NCBI GenBank assembly: GCA_965199715.1
Contig: OZ241322.1
Location: 640,001 to 704,000, forward strand
Length of the DNA: 64,000 nucleotides
Source: Vicinamibacteria bacterium
GTDB taxonomy: Bacteria; Acidobacteriota; Vicinamibacteria; Marinacidobacterales; Marinacidobacteraceae
Reading direction: 5' to 3'
Below the pieces are notes generated by a model, which was not told the origin of the DNA, did not search any database, and saw only the letters and a program-made list of their open reading frames with translations. The translations under genes were made by a program, and so were the position numbers. Below are positions 10,132 to 19,680 of this stretch, in pieces (position 1 is the first letter of the stretch; each line of letters opens with the position of its first letter).

Positions 10132-11408
10132 TGGCCGATTCGGTCGCGGTCACGCCGCCCTCGCGCCCGCCCGACGGGACCGTCCGCGTCCCCGGCAGCA
10201 AGTACGTCGCCAACCGGCTGCTCGTGCTGGCCGCGCTCGCGGACGGGCCGAGCCGGATCGCCGGCGCGCCCGACAACGAGGACATCGCGGCCGCCGTCGC
10301 CGGCCTGCGCGCGCTGGGAGTCCGGATCGACGAGGGGCCGGGCGGCCTCGTCGTCGGGGGAACGCCGGCCTCGTGGGCGGCGCCCGGCGGCGCGCCGGTC
10401 GAAGTGGACGTCGGCGAGTCGGGGACGCTGCTGCGGTTTCTGACCGCGCTCGCCGCGACCCTGCCCTTCCCGGTGCGGCTCGCCGGGAGCGGACGGATCG
10501 GCGAGCGCCCGATGACCGGGCTTCTCGAAGCGCTCCGTCGGCTCGGCGCGCGGATCGAAGGCGATCGGGGGATCGCGACCTCGCCGGTGACGCTGCGCGG
10601 CGGACGGGTCCCGGTCGAGGCCGGGCGAAGCAGCCAGTTCGCCAGCGCGCTCCTTCTCGCGAGCCCGCGGATCCCGGGCGGCGTGGAACTGGAGCTTCAG
10701 GGGCGCCGGGTGTCGGAGAGCTATCTCGACCTGACCGCGAGCCTCATGCGGCGCGCCGGCCGTCCGGTGGAGCGGACCCCCACGGGCTTCCGGACGAAGG
10801 GCGGACCCGTGCGGGCCGGGGCTCGCTTCGTTCCGGCGGACTGGACGGCGGCGGGCTCGATCTTCGGAGCGGCGGCCATCGCGGGCGGCTCCGTCCAGGT
10901 TCCCGGGCTCGATCCGGACGCGGTCGAGGGCGAGCGGCGCTTCCCGGCGCTTCTCGAGCGGATGGGGTGCCGCGTCGAGGCTCGCGGCGACGCAGTGACC
11001 GTCACCGGGCCGAACCGGCTGCGCGGCGTCCGGGCCGATCTATCCACGATGCCCGACGCGGCGCCCGGACTCGCCGCGCTCGCCGCCGCGGCGTCCGGCG
11101 AGACCCGCATTTCCGGGATCGCCCACCTCCGGCACAAGGAGAGCGACCGGATCGCCGCCCTCGCCGACGGGCTGAGGGCGCTCGGCGCCGGGGTCGAGAC
11201 CGGGGAGGACTCCCTTGCGATCCGACCGGGCCCGCTCCGACGCGACGTCGCGATCGACTCGCGCCGCGACCACCGGATCGCGATGGCGTTCGCGCTCGTC
11301 GGGCTTCGCGTCCCGGTGCGCATCCTCCACCCGGACGCCGTGCGGAAGTCCTTTCCCGGCTTTTGGGACGCCGTGGCGGCGCTCGGCGCCGGCGTCGCCT
11401 TCGCCTGA
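10131..11408 (+). CDS. aroA: EPSP synthase
   Basis: PGSK, GESGT.LRF, SSQF.SALL, KESDRI and DHRIAMAF motifs; TGATG overlap with aroB. Confidence 0.92.
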   Translation: MADSVAVTPPSRPPDGTVRVPGSKYVANRLLVLAALADGPSRIAGAPDNEDIAAAVAGLRALGVRIDEGPGGLVVGGTPASWAAPGGAPVEVDVGESGTLLRFLTALAATLPFPVRLAGSGRIGERPMTGLLEALRRLGARIEGDRGIATSPVTLRGGRVPVEAGRSSQFASALLLASPRIPGGVELELQGRRVSESYLDLTASLMRRAGRPVERTPTGFRTKGGPVRAGARFVPADWTAAGSIFGAAAIAGGSVQVPGLDPDAVEGERRFPALLERMGCRVEARGDAVTVTGPNRLRGVRADLSTMPDAAPGLAALAAAASGETRISGIAHLRHKESDRIAALADGLRALGAGVETGEDSLAIRPGPLRRDVAIDSRRDHRIAMAFALVGLRVPVRILHPDAVRKSFPGFWDAVAALGAGVAFA

Positions 11409-13357
11409 TGTTCCCGAACGTCGTCCTCGTCGGCGCCCGCGGTTCGGGGAAGAGCCGCGCCGGTCGCAAGCTCGCCGCCGCGACGGGGTGGGAGCTCCTG
11501 GGCGCGGACGCCCGGTTCGAGGCGCGGCACGGGCCGATCGGAGAGTTCGTGGCCGCGCACGGCTGGGACGCCTTCCGCGACCGCGAGACCGAGACGCTCG
11601 GCGAACTTGCGCGGGAGAGCCCCGGGCGGAGCGTCCTCGACTGCGGCGGCGGCGTCGTGGAGCGACGGGAGAACCGGGACCTCCTGCGGCGCCTCGGAAC
11701 CGTGTATTGGGTGCGCGCGCCGCTCGAGCGGCTGCGGGATCGGATCGCGCGGAAGACGACCCGGCCGTCGCTGACGGGGCGCGACCCGACGGCGGAGATC
11801 GGCGAGGTGCTCGCCCGACGGACGCCGCTCTACCGCGCCGTCGCCGAAGCGGACGTCTGGGCGGAAACCGGTCGCGAGGCGGCGGACGCGCTGCGCCGGG
11901 CCCACTTCGGTCCCGGAATCGCGCTCTCGGTCCTCCCCGGAAACCACGAGGAAGCGCTCCGGGCGCTGCTCGGCGCCCGGGAACGTCTGGGCCCGGAAGA
12001 TCTGATCGAGCTGCGCGCCGACCGCCTCCGCGAAGTGCGGGAGCTGTTGGAAGCGCTCCCCGACGCGCTCCGGAAGCGCCTCATCCTGACCGTGCGCACG
12101 CCGGAACAGGGAGGTGGGTTCGCCGGGACCGCCGCGGAGCGGGAGCGGATGCTCCGCGACGGGGCCCGCGCCGACATCCGCTTCGTGGACGCGGAGTTCC
12201 CTGAGCTCGTTGAGGGAAAGACCCTCGCGTCCTTCCACCATTTCGAGGGACCGGCGCCCGACCTCGAGGCGCTGGCCGCGAGGATGGGCGAGCGCGCCGC
12301 GGCCGTGAAGGTCGCCGTGACCGTACGCGGCGAGGCCGACGTGCAACGGATGTTCCGGTTCCAGCGGGAGCCCCCGCCGGGCGCCGTCCCCCGCATCGGG
12401 ATCGCGATGGGCGCCGCCGGAGGCGCGCTGCGGGTCATCGGAACCTCCTCCGCCGGGATCGCGACCTTCGCCCCGCCCCCGGGCAGCCTTCCGACGGGAC
12501 CCGGCCAGCTCGATTCCGACGCCGTCCGTGACCGCCACCGGCGCTGGGGGCGCAAGCTCTTCGCTCCGGTTCCCGTGTACGGCGTCGTCGGCCATCCGGT
12601 CGCGGGGAGCCTGAGCCCGCCGATGCACGAGGCGGCGTTCGTCGCGACCGGGCGCGCCGCTTCCTACCAGCGGTTCGAGGTTCCCCCGGACGAGCTGGAG
12701 GACTTCCTGACCGCCTTCCGGCTGGCGCGCGGAGCCGGGCTGAACGTCACCATCCCGCACAAGGAAGCCATCGTCCCGCTGCTGGACTCGCTGGACGAAG
12801 CGGCGCACCGGATCGGCGCGGTGAATACAGTCTCGCGACAGGATGACGCGCTCGCCGGCGCCAACACCGACTGGATCGGGGCCGCCCGGGCGCTGCTTTC
12901 GGTCACGCCGCTCAAGGGGAAGGAGGTGACCGTGCTGGGGGCCGGCGGTTCGGCCCGGGCCGTTCTCCATGCGCTCGCCGAGCACGGAGCCCGCGCCACG
13001 GTGATGGCCCGGGACGACCGCAAGGCGGCGGCCGTCGCCGCCCGCTTCGGCGCGGGCTGGCGGCCGGGACGCGAGCTCGGCGTCGCCGGCGGCGACGTCC
13101 TCGTGAACGCCACGCCGGTCGGCATGGACTCCGACCTGTCGCCCGCGCCGGCGGACGTCGGACGCCGGCTCGGCGTCGTGTTCGACCTCGTCTATCGCCC
13201 CGCCCGCACGCGCCTGCTGAGGGACGCCGAGGCGGCGGGGGCGACTCCCGTGCCGGGGCTTCCGATGCTGGTCCATCAGGCGGCCGCGTCCTTCGCGCTC
13301 TGGACGGGAGAATCCGTGGCGGAGACCATGGAGGCCGCCGCCCGCGATGCCCGGTAA
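11408..13357 (+). CDS. Trifunctional shikimate kinase / type I 3-dehydroquinase / shikimate dehydrogenase fusion (AroK-AroD-AroE)
   Basis: Kinase: [22 protein letters not shown]. AroD: IELRAD, LTVR, SFH, VKVA, PGQ. AroE: SLSP, NVTIPHK, AVNT, NTD, GAGGSA, NATPVG, DLVY. Confidence 0.88.
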   Translation: MFPNVVLVGARGSGKSRAGRKLAAATGWELLGADARFEARHGPIGEFVAAHGWDAFRDRETETLGELARESPGRSVLDCGGGVVERRENRDLLRRLGTVYWVRAPLERLRDRIARKTTRPSLTGRDPTAEIGEVLARRTPLYRAVAEADVWAETGREAADALRRAHFGPGIALSVLPGNHEEALRALLGARERLGPEDLIELRADRLREVRELLEALPDALRKRLILTVRTPEQGGGFAGTAAERERMLRDGARADIRFVDAEFPELVEGKTLASFHHFEGPAPDLEALAARMGERAAAVKVAVTVRGEADVQRMFRFQREPPPGAVPRIGIAMGAAGGALRVIGTSSAGIATFAPPPGSLPTGPGQLDSDAVRDRHRRWGRKLFAPVPVYGVVGHPVAGSLSPPMHEAAFVATGRAASYQRFEVPPDELEDFLTAFRLARGAGLNVTIPHKEAIVPLLDSLDEAAHRIGAVNTVSRQDDALAGANTDWIGAARALLSVTPLKGKEVTVLGAGGSARAVLHALAEHGARATVMARDDRKAAAVAARFGAGWRPGRELGVAGGDVLVNATPVGMDSDLSPAPADVGRRLGVVFDLVYRPARTRLLRDAEAAGATPVPGLPMLVHQAAASFALWTGESVAETMEAAARDAR

Positions 13358-14438
13358 CTCCTTCGGACAGGCGTTCCGGATCACGACCTGGGGCGAATCG
13401 CACGGCCCGGCGATCGGAGTCGTCGCGGACGGCTGCCCGGCGGGCCTCGCGCTGGACGAGGCGGCGATCCAGGCCGACCTGGACCGCCGCCGGCCCGGGC
13501 GGAGCCGGCTCACGTCTCCCCGAAAGGAGGCCGACCGCATCCGCATCGCCTCCGGGGTCCTCGAAGGACGAACCACCGGAACGCCGATCGCCATGTGGGT
13601 CGAGAACGAGGACGCGCGTCCCCGGGACTACGACCATCTCCGCGAGGCGTACCGCCCGAGCCACGCGGACTTCTCTTACGAGAAGCGGTACGGAGTGCGG
13701 GATCCGCGGGGCGGCGGGCGAGCCTCGGCCCGGACGACGGCGGCGCACGTGGCGGCGGGCGCGGTGGCGCGTCAGCTCCTCGCGGCGCTCCACGGGGTCG
13801 AGTGCGTCGCGTGGGTGACCCGGATCGCGGACGTGGAGGCGTCGGTGGACGCGGACGCGGCGACCCGGGAGCTCGTCGATCGGACGCCGGTCCGATGCCC
13901 CGACCGCGCGGCGACCAAGGCCATGGCGCGGCGGGTCGAGGCGGCGCGGGACTCCGGCGACTCGGTCGGAGGCGTCGTCGAGTGCGTCTGCCGCTCGGTC
14001 CCCGCCGGGCTCGGCGACCCGATCCTCGACAAGCTGGAGAGCGACCTCGCGAAGGCGATGCTCGCGATCCCCGCGACCCGGGGGTTCGAGCTGGGATCCG
14101 GATTCGCGGGAACCCGGCTTCTCGGAAGCGAACACAACGACGAGTTCCGGATGGAGGCGGGCGAGGTCCGGACGCGATCGAATCGCTCCGGCGGCGTGCA
14201 GGGCGGGATCTCGAACGGCATGCCCATCGTCTTCCGGGTCGCGTTCAAGCCCACCTCCACGATCGGCAAGCCGCAGCGCACGGTGGATCGGGAGGGCCGG
14301 GAGGTGACGCTCGCGGCCCGGGGGCGTCACGACCCCTGCGTGCTGCCCCGCGCGGTCCCGATCGTCGAGGCGATGGCGTGCCTCGTCCTCGTCGACCACC
14401 TGCTGCGCGTGCGCGGCTCCGGTCCGCTCTCCGGCTAA
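13347..14438 (+). CDS. aroC: Chorismate synthase
   Basis: GESHG, RPSHAD, GGRASAR, GGISNG, FKPTSTI and RHDPC motifs. Confidence 0.96.
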   Translation: MPGNSFGQAFRITTWGESHGPAIGVVADGCPAGLALDEAAIQADLDRRRPGRSRLTSPRKEADRIRIASGVLEGRTTGTPIAMWVENEDARPRDYDHLREAYRPSHADFSYEKRYGVRDPRGGGRASARTTAAHVAAGAVARQLLAALHGVECVAWVTRIADVEASVDADAATRELVDRTPVRCPDRAATKAMARRVEAARDSGDSVGGVVECVCRSVPAGLGDPILDKLESDLAKAMLAIPATRGFELGSGFAGTRLLGSEHNDEFRMEAGEVRTRSNRSGGVQGGISNGMPIVFRVAFKPTSTIGKPQRTVDREGREVTLAARGRHDPCVLPRAVPIVEAMACLVLVDHLLRVRGSGPLSG

Positions 14439-14460
14439 ACTCTCGCCGAGCCTGAACGGG

Positions 14461-14536
14461 GGGCGGCTAGCTCAGATGGGAGAGCGCGGCGTTCGCAATG
14501 CCGAGGTCACGGGTTCGATCCCCGTGCCGTCCACCA
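14461..14536 (+). tRNA. tRNA-Ala (anticodon CGC)
   Basis: 76 nt cloverleaf: acceptor stem GGGCGGC/GCCGTCC with G3:U70, D arm AGCTCAGATGGGAGAGC, anticodon loop TTCGCAA, T loop GTTCGATCC, encoded CCA. Confidence 0.96.
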
Positions 14537-15207
14537 TGCTTCTTCAGACGCTCTTGGCCGCGGCGCTGCCGCTGGCCGCGGGCGCGGAAACCGCCGACGA
14601 GCTGGTCCGCCGCATCGAGGCCCACCACCGGGGCCTGCCCCACTTCGAGAGCACGTTCGAGCAACGCTTCACGCCGAGGATCTTCGGGCGCGACCGGGTC
14701 GAGAGCGGATGGCTCACCGTGAGCCGTCCCGGGCGCATGCGCTGGGAGTACCGGGAGCCGGAACCCAAGGTCTTCGTCAGCGACGGCACGAACACCTGGT
14801 TCCACGTGCCGAGCGACCGGCAGGTCGTCGTCGGCAGCATCGAGCCGAACGCCGACGGGTCCGCCGGGCGGGATCCGGACGCGCTCGCGTTCCTCACCGG
14901 CGACGCCGCCATCCTCGACCACTTCGACGTGGAGCTGGTCGAGGACGACCGGACCCCCGAAGATCGCCTCCGGCTGCTGCTCACGCCGAGGACCGGCGCG
15001 GGCGAGGTGGAGCGCGCGGTCCTCGAGGTCGAGGCGGAAAGCGGCCTCATCCGGGCGCTCGAGGTGCTCGACCCCGAGGGAAACCGCACGACCTTCCGCT
15101 TCGCCGATTTCCGGATCGGGGATCGGCCGCCCGATTCGCTCTTCGATTTCCGCATCCCGCCCGGCACCGACGTGGTGACGGCCCGGGAGCTCGCGCCGGG
15201 GCGCTGA
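14536..15207 (+). CDS. lolA: Outer-membrane lipoprotein carrier LolA family
   Basis: FEQ...ESG.LTVSRPGRMRWEY..PEPKVFVSDG..W, C-terminal F.IPPGTDVV; ATG shares the last base of the tRNA. Confidence 0.82.
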   Translation: MLLQTLLAAALPLAAGAETADELVRRIEAHHRGLPHFESTFEQRFTPRIFGRDRVESGWLTVSRPGRMRWEYREPEPKVFVSDGTNTWFHVPSDRQVVVGSIEPNADGSAGRDPDALAFLTGDAAILDHFDVELVEDDRTPEDRLRLLLTPRTGAGEVERAVLEVEAESGLIRALEVLDPEGNRTTFRFADFRIGDRPPDSLFDFRIPPGTDVVTARELAPGR

Positions 15208-15208
15208 C

Positions 15209-16822
15209 GTGTCGCGCTGGACCGTCCCGCTCCTGCTGCTCGCGGGTTGTTCGGCGAGGCCCGGGCTGGAGCCGGGGGTCGTGGCCGAGCGCGCCGGACG
15301 CTACGACGCAGCGGTCGCCCACTACGCCCGGGCGCTCGCCGAGCGTCCCGACAGCGTGGAGGCGAGTCTCGCCCTGCGCCGGGCCAAGCAGCGCGCCGCC
15401 GAGGACCACGCGGCGCGCGCCGAGGCGGCCGCGGCCGTCGCCGACTGGGACGCGGCCGAGGACTCGCTGCGCGCCGCGATCCTCTTCGCGCCCGGCGAGG
15501 GGGCGTACGTCGAGCGGCTCGGCGAGGTCCGCGAGGCGGCCGAAGGCGCGTTCGCGGACTCCCGCGCCCGCACGCTCGCCGCGCTCAAGGAAGAGGCGCT
15601 CGAGGCGCCGTTCGGCCTCGATCTGTTGGACGCGGCCGCCGAGCCGACGAGCTTCGTCTTCCGTGACGCGAGCCTGCGGGAAGTCCTGCTCACGCTCGGC
15701 GAGTTCGCCGGAGTCAACGTGGTCTTCGACGAGGATTTCGCCGACCGGCCGATCTCCATCGAGTCCGAGGACGTCACCTTCGAAGACGCTCTCGCCGGAA
15801 TCACGGCGACGACCGGCCACTTCTTCCGGGCCGAGTCCCCCGAGCTTGTGACCATCATCCCGGATACGCCGCCCAAGCGGTCGCGCTACGAGCAGGACGT
15901 CGCCCAGACGTTCTTCCTCTCGTCGGCCGACGTCACCGAGACCGTGGACGCGCTGCGGGTCACGCTCCAGCTTCGGAACGTGGCCCAGCACGCCGGCACC
16001 AACTCGATCACCGTGGTGGACACGTGGGACCGGCTCCGTTCGGCGGCGCGAATGATCCGCGCGCTCGACCGGAGCCCGGGCGAGGTCGTGGTGGACGTCG
16101 AGCTCATGGAGGTCAACCGGACCCAACTGGAGCGGTTCGGCATCCCCCTCGTCTCGCCCGAATCGAAGGGGATCGGCGTCGCGCTGACGCCCCGGCTGGA
16201 CACCGTCCTCGAAAACCCCTACACGCGGTCCAACCTCCGCGTGGCCGGGCTTCCCGGCGCGATCCTGAACCTCGTGCGCAGCGACCTCGACACCCACGTG
16301 CTGGCGAACCCCCAGCTTCGCGCCTCGGACGGCAAGCCGGCCACCGCCGACTTCGGCGAGCGCGTGCCGGTGCCGGTGACCACCTTCGCGCCGATCGCGA
16401 CCGGCGGCCTCGCCCAGCAGCCCACGACGACGTTCGAGTACGAAAACGTCGGGGTGAGCATCGAGATCCTCCCCCGCATCCACCACGACGACAGCGTCAC
16501 GCTCGAGGTCGGCGTCCGCCTCGACAACGTCTCGGGAACCGGCTTTTCGGGCCTCCCCACGTTCGGCAACCGCAACGTGCGGACGACGCTGCGCCTCCGC
16601 AGCGGCGAGACGAGCATGATCGCCGGCCTCATCCGCCAGGAGGAGCGCTCGACCCTGAAGGGGCTGCCCGGCGTGGCGGACGTGCCGATCCTCGGCCGGC
16701 TCTTCGGCGCCAACACCGAGGAGTCCGCCGACTCCGACATCATCCTCACGCTGACCCCGCGCATCACCCGCCGCGCCGACATCGACCGCGACTCGCTGGC
16801 CCCCTACGTCATCCGTCGCTGA
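15209..16822 (+). CDS. Secretin (GspD/PilQ-like) with lipoprotein signal and N-terminal TPR-like region
   Basis: Lipobox LAGC; LANPQLRASDG..A...GERVPV, YENVGV.IEILP, IAGLI, GLPGVADVPILGRLF, LTPRI. Confidence 0.85.
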   Translation: MSRWTVPLLLLAGCSARPGLEPGVVAERAGRYDAAVAHYARALAERPDSVEASLALRRAKQRAAEDHAARAEAAAAVADWDAAEDSLRAAILFAPGEGAYVERLGEVREAAEGAFADSRARTLAALKEEALEAPFGLDLLDAAAEPTSFVFRDASLREVLLTLGEFAGVNVVFDEDFADRPISIESEDVTFEDALAGITATTGHFFRAESPELVTIIPDTPPKRSRYEQDVAQTFFLSSADVTETVDALRVTLQLRNVAQHAGTNSITVVDTWDRLRSAARMIRALDRSPGEVVVDVELMEVNRTQLERFGIPLVSPESKGIGVALTPRLDTVLENPYTRSNLRVAGLPGAILNLVRSDLDTHVLANPQLRASDGKPATADFGERVPVPVTTFAPIATGGLAQQPTTTFEYENVGVSIEILPRIHHDDSVTLEVGVRLDNVSGTGFSGLPTFGNRNVRTTLRLRSGETSMIAGLIRQEERSTLKGLPGVADVPILGRLFGANTEESADSDIILTLTPRITRRADIDRDSLAPYVIRR

Positions 16823-18227
16823 GCGCGACCTCCTCGGGGACGCCGGCGAACCAGCCGTTCGACAGGAACAGCAGCGCTCCCGCGCCGCGCGCCGCGTCCC
16901 GCGCCCGGCGCACGAGACGGGCCCGGTCCGCCGCGACTTCGGCGGCGACTCCCCGCTCGCGAATGTCCCGCGCCAGCCGGTCCAGATCGAGGGCGTCGTC
17001 CGGCCGCACCCCGCGGGACCGGTCGAGGTCGCCGGCGAGAAGCGCGCGGCTCGCCCCGTCGAACGCCGAGGCGAACTCCTCCTGGAACACGGCGCTGCGG
17101 GACGTGAACGACCGGGGCTCGAACGCCACCGCCGGCGGAGCGCCGGGCCAGCGCGCCCGGGCGCTCTCGATCGCCGCCCGCACGGCCGTCGGATGGTGGG
17201 CGAAGTCCCGGACGACCGGAACCCCGCCCACGCAGCCCACGATCTCGAGGCGCCGCCGCACGCCGACGAATCCGGCGACCGCCTCGCGAACGCCTTCCCA
17301 CGACACGCCGACGAAGGCGGCCGCCGCGGCCGCGGCCAAGACGTTGTGCGCCCCGGCGCTCCCCCAAAAGGCGCCCGCGAGCGGCGCCCGCTCCTCCCCC
17401 CGGAAGCGCACCTCGAGCCGGGACCCGGCGCCTCCCGACTCGACAAGGCGGCCGGTCCAGTCGGCGGCCCGCCCCAGCGCGAACGTCTGGACCTCGCAGT
17501 GCGCGTGCTCCGCCAGTTCGGCCGCCGCCGGGCTATCGGCGCCCAGCAGCAACAGTCCCCGGCGCGGCGGAAGGCGGGCGAGGAAACCGAACGCCCGGCG
17601 GACCGCGGCGAAGTCGGGAAAAACGTCGGCGTGGTCGAACTCCACGTTCCCGACGATCGCGACCTCGGGCAGGTAGTGGAGGAACTTGGGACCCTTGTCC
17701 CAGTACGCGGAGTCGTACTCGTCGCCCTCGAGGACGAACGGCTCCCCGTCCTTCCCCAGCCGGAAGCTGCCGCCGAGGTCCTCGCAGACGCCGCCGATCA
17801 GGTACCCGGCGTCCACCGCCGAGCGCCGTAGGATCGCGGCGAGCAGCGAGGTGGTCGTCGTCTTGCCGTGGGTTCCGGCGACGACGACGGGCGCGCGCTC
17901 CCGCAGCACGAGGTCCCGCAGCGCCTCCGGGAAGGAGGCGAGGCGCAGCTTGCGGTCGAGCGCCGCCTCGAGCTCCGGGTTGCCCCGCGAGATCGCGTTG
18001 CCGACCACGACCAGGCGGACGTCCCCGGGCAGGTTCTCCCCCGCGTACGGGCTCGACACCGGGATCCCCTCGCGCTCCAGCAGCGTGGACATCGGCGGAT
18101 AGACCCCCTGGTCGGACCCGCTGACCCGGTAGCCGAGGCGCAGCAGCAGCCCCGCCAGCGAGGCCATCGCCGTTCCCGCGACGCCGAGGACGTGGACCCG
18201 CGCCCCCGGCTCGAGAGCGCGGATCAC
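16809..18227 (-). CDS. mpl: Murein peptide ligase Mpl (MurC-like)
   Basis: GVAGTAM, GNAISRGNPE, GTHGKTTT, EGDEYDSAYWDKGPKF, DFAHHPT; GTGA overlap with ldcA. Confidence 0.85.
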   Translation of the reverse strand: MIRALEPGARVHVLGVAGTAMASLAGLLLRLGYRVSGSDQGVYPPMSTLLEREGIPVSSPYAGENLPGDVRLVVVGNAISRGNPELEAALDRKLRLASFPEALRDLVLRERAPVVVAGTHGKTTTTSLLAAILRRSAVDAGYLIGGVCEDLGGSFRLGKDGEPFVLEGDEYDSAYWDKGPKFLHYLPEVAIVGNVEFDHADVFPDFAAVRRAFGFLARLPPRRGLLLLGADSPAAAELAEHAHCEVQTFALGRAADWTGRLVESGGAGSRLEVRFRGEERAPLAGAFWGSAGAHNVLAAAAAAAFVGVSWEGVREAVAGFVGVRRRLEIVGCVGGVPVVRDFAHHPTAVRAAIESARARWPGAPPAVAFEPRSFTSRSAVFQEEFASAFDGASRALLAGDLDRSRGVRPDDALDLDRLARDIRERGVAAEVAADRARLVRRARDAARGAGALLFLSNGWFAGVPEEVALSDG

Positions 18228-19141
18228 CGAACCACCGGCTCGAGGAGCGTGAGGCCCTCCGCGTCCATCCGCGCCTCGATCCCGAGCGGAACGGTCCGGC
18301 AGGGGCCGGACTCCACGTGCCCGGTCGCGAACCCGAACGCCGCCGGGACTCCCAGCGGAGCGGTGAGGCGCGCGAGAAGCTCGGAAAGCGTGTAGCCCTG
18401 GTCGGGGTGCTGCTCGCAGCCGGGCATCTGCCCGAAGACGATCCCGCGGACTCCGTCGAACGCCCCGCCGAGCCGGAGTTGGGTGAGCATCCGCTCGATC
18501 TGGAAGGGCTTCGTCGCGACGTCCTCCAGGACCGCGATGGCGCCCGCGAACGAAGGCGCCCACGGCGTCCCGTGAAGCGCGGCCACGAGCGAGAGGCAGC
18601 CCCCCCGAAGGACCCCCTCGGCGGTTCCCGGATGCAGCGGCGCGGCCCCGCGCCAGGGCAGCGGGAAGCCGGGGCCGTCGGCGGCCATCAACCCGAGAAG
18701 CTCGTCCGCGTCCCACGCCTGAGGGCCGCGGGCGATCTGCTGGGCGACCATCGGCCCATGCAGCGCCGGAAGTCCGGCCGCCGCGACTCCGGCCAGAAGC
18801 GCGGTGAGGTCGCTCGCGCCCAGAACGATCCGGGGACGTCCGCGCAGCTCCGCCTCGGGAAGCGCGGGCAGGAGGTCCATGCTCCCGTACCCACCGCGCG
18901 CGCCGAAGAGCGCCTCGACTTCGGGGTCGCGCCAGAGGTCGAGGAAGTCGGCGGCGCGCTCCTCGGCCGTGCCCGCGGTGTATGCGCGCCGCTCCATCAG
19001 GCGGCGGCCGCGCCGAATCCGGAACCCCAGCCGCTTCAATTCCCGCTCGCCGGCCTCGAGAAACTCGATCCGCACCGGGCTGGCCGGAGCGAAGACCCCG
19101 ACGACGGCGCCCGGGCGCACGGCCGGCGGGCGGACCGTCAC
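18224..19141 (-). CDS. ldcA: LD-carboxypeptidase (peptidase S66)
   Basis: APAS, RGGYG, GASD (catalytic Ser), HGPM, GGCLS, LED and GH motifs. Confidence 0.87.
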   Translation of the reverse strand: MTVRPPAVRPGAVVGVFAPASPVRIEFLEAGERELKRLGFRIRRGRRLMERRAYTAGTAEERAADFLDLWRDPEVEALFGARGGYGSMDLLPALPEAELRGRPRIVLGASDLTALLAGVAAAGLPALHGPMVAQQIARGPQAWDADELLGLMAADGPGFPLPWRGAAPLHPGTAEGVLRGGCLSLVAALHGTPWAPSFAGAIAVLEDVATKPFQIERMLTQLRLGGAFDGVRGIVFGQMPGCEQHPDQGYTLSELLARLTAPLGVPAAFGFATGHVESGPCRTVPLGIEARMDAEGLTLLEPVVR

Positions 19142-19680
19142 CGGAACAGCCAGAAGGCGAGAATCGCGACCGCGACGAGCGCAGCGGCCGCCTTCAGGCG
19201 AAAGCGCAGCGGCTCTCCCGGCAGCGGTCCCGCAACGTGCACCGCCGGCAGCTTCAGGGCTTCGGATCGCCAGGCGTCCTCCTGGGGAACGGCCTCGACC
19301 GGCTCGGCGGGCGGCGCCGGAGTCTCGGGCAGACCGGCGGGCGACTCGACCCGGCAGCGGACGTCGGCGAACTGCACGACGTCTCCCGGGCGAATCTCCA
19401 CCCGGGTCGTCACCGAAAGGCCGTTCACCTGGGTGGAGTTCGTGCTCCCGACGTCGTCGAGGTGGAGGTCCGAGTCCCGCAACAGGAGCCGTGCGTGCTG
19501 GCCGCTCACGAACGCGTCCTCGATCCGGATGTGCGCCCAGGCGGCGCTCCCGACAAGCGTCGAGCGGCGCGAGATCGCGTGCGTCCGCGGCGCCTCGCTC
19601 GCCTCCTCGCCGGGGATTCCCGACGGCGCGCCCTCGACGACGAGCGCGAACCGCGGAAGAACCGGACGCTCGTCCCTCAC
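19138..19680 (-). CDS. FHA-domain protein with C-terminal membrane anchor
   Basis: LVGS...VSGQHARL...DVGSTNSTQVNG...PGDVVQFA; hydrophobic C-terminus; GTGA overlaps on both sides. Confidence 0.72.
   Translation of the reverse strand: MRDERPVLPRFALVVEGAPSGIPGEEASEAPRTHAISRRSTLVGSAAWAHIRIEDAFVSGQHARLLLRDSDLHLDDVGSTNSTQVNGLSVTTRVEIRPGDVVQFADVRCRVESPAGLPETPAPPAEPVEAVPQEDAWRSEALKLPAVHVAGPLPGEPLRFRLKAAAALVAVAILAFWLFR

Noticed and set aside
6429-13357. Long apparent fusions in the ORF track (6429..7955, 8679..11408, start 10373)
   Set aside because: Their N-terminal parts are off-frame readings of upstream genes; real starts are at the stop/start overlaps. Only AroK-AroD-AroE is a true fusion.
14461-14560. 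tRNA as an integration site for an island
   Set aside because: No integrase and no duplicated tRNA 3' end was noticed in the window.
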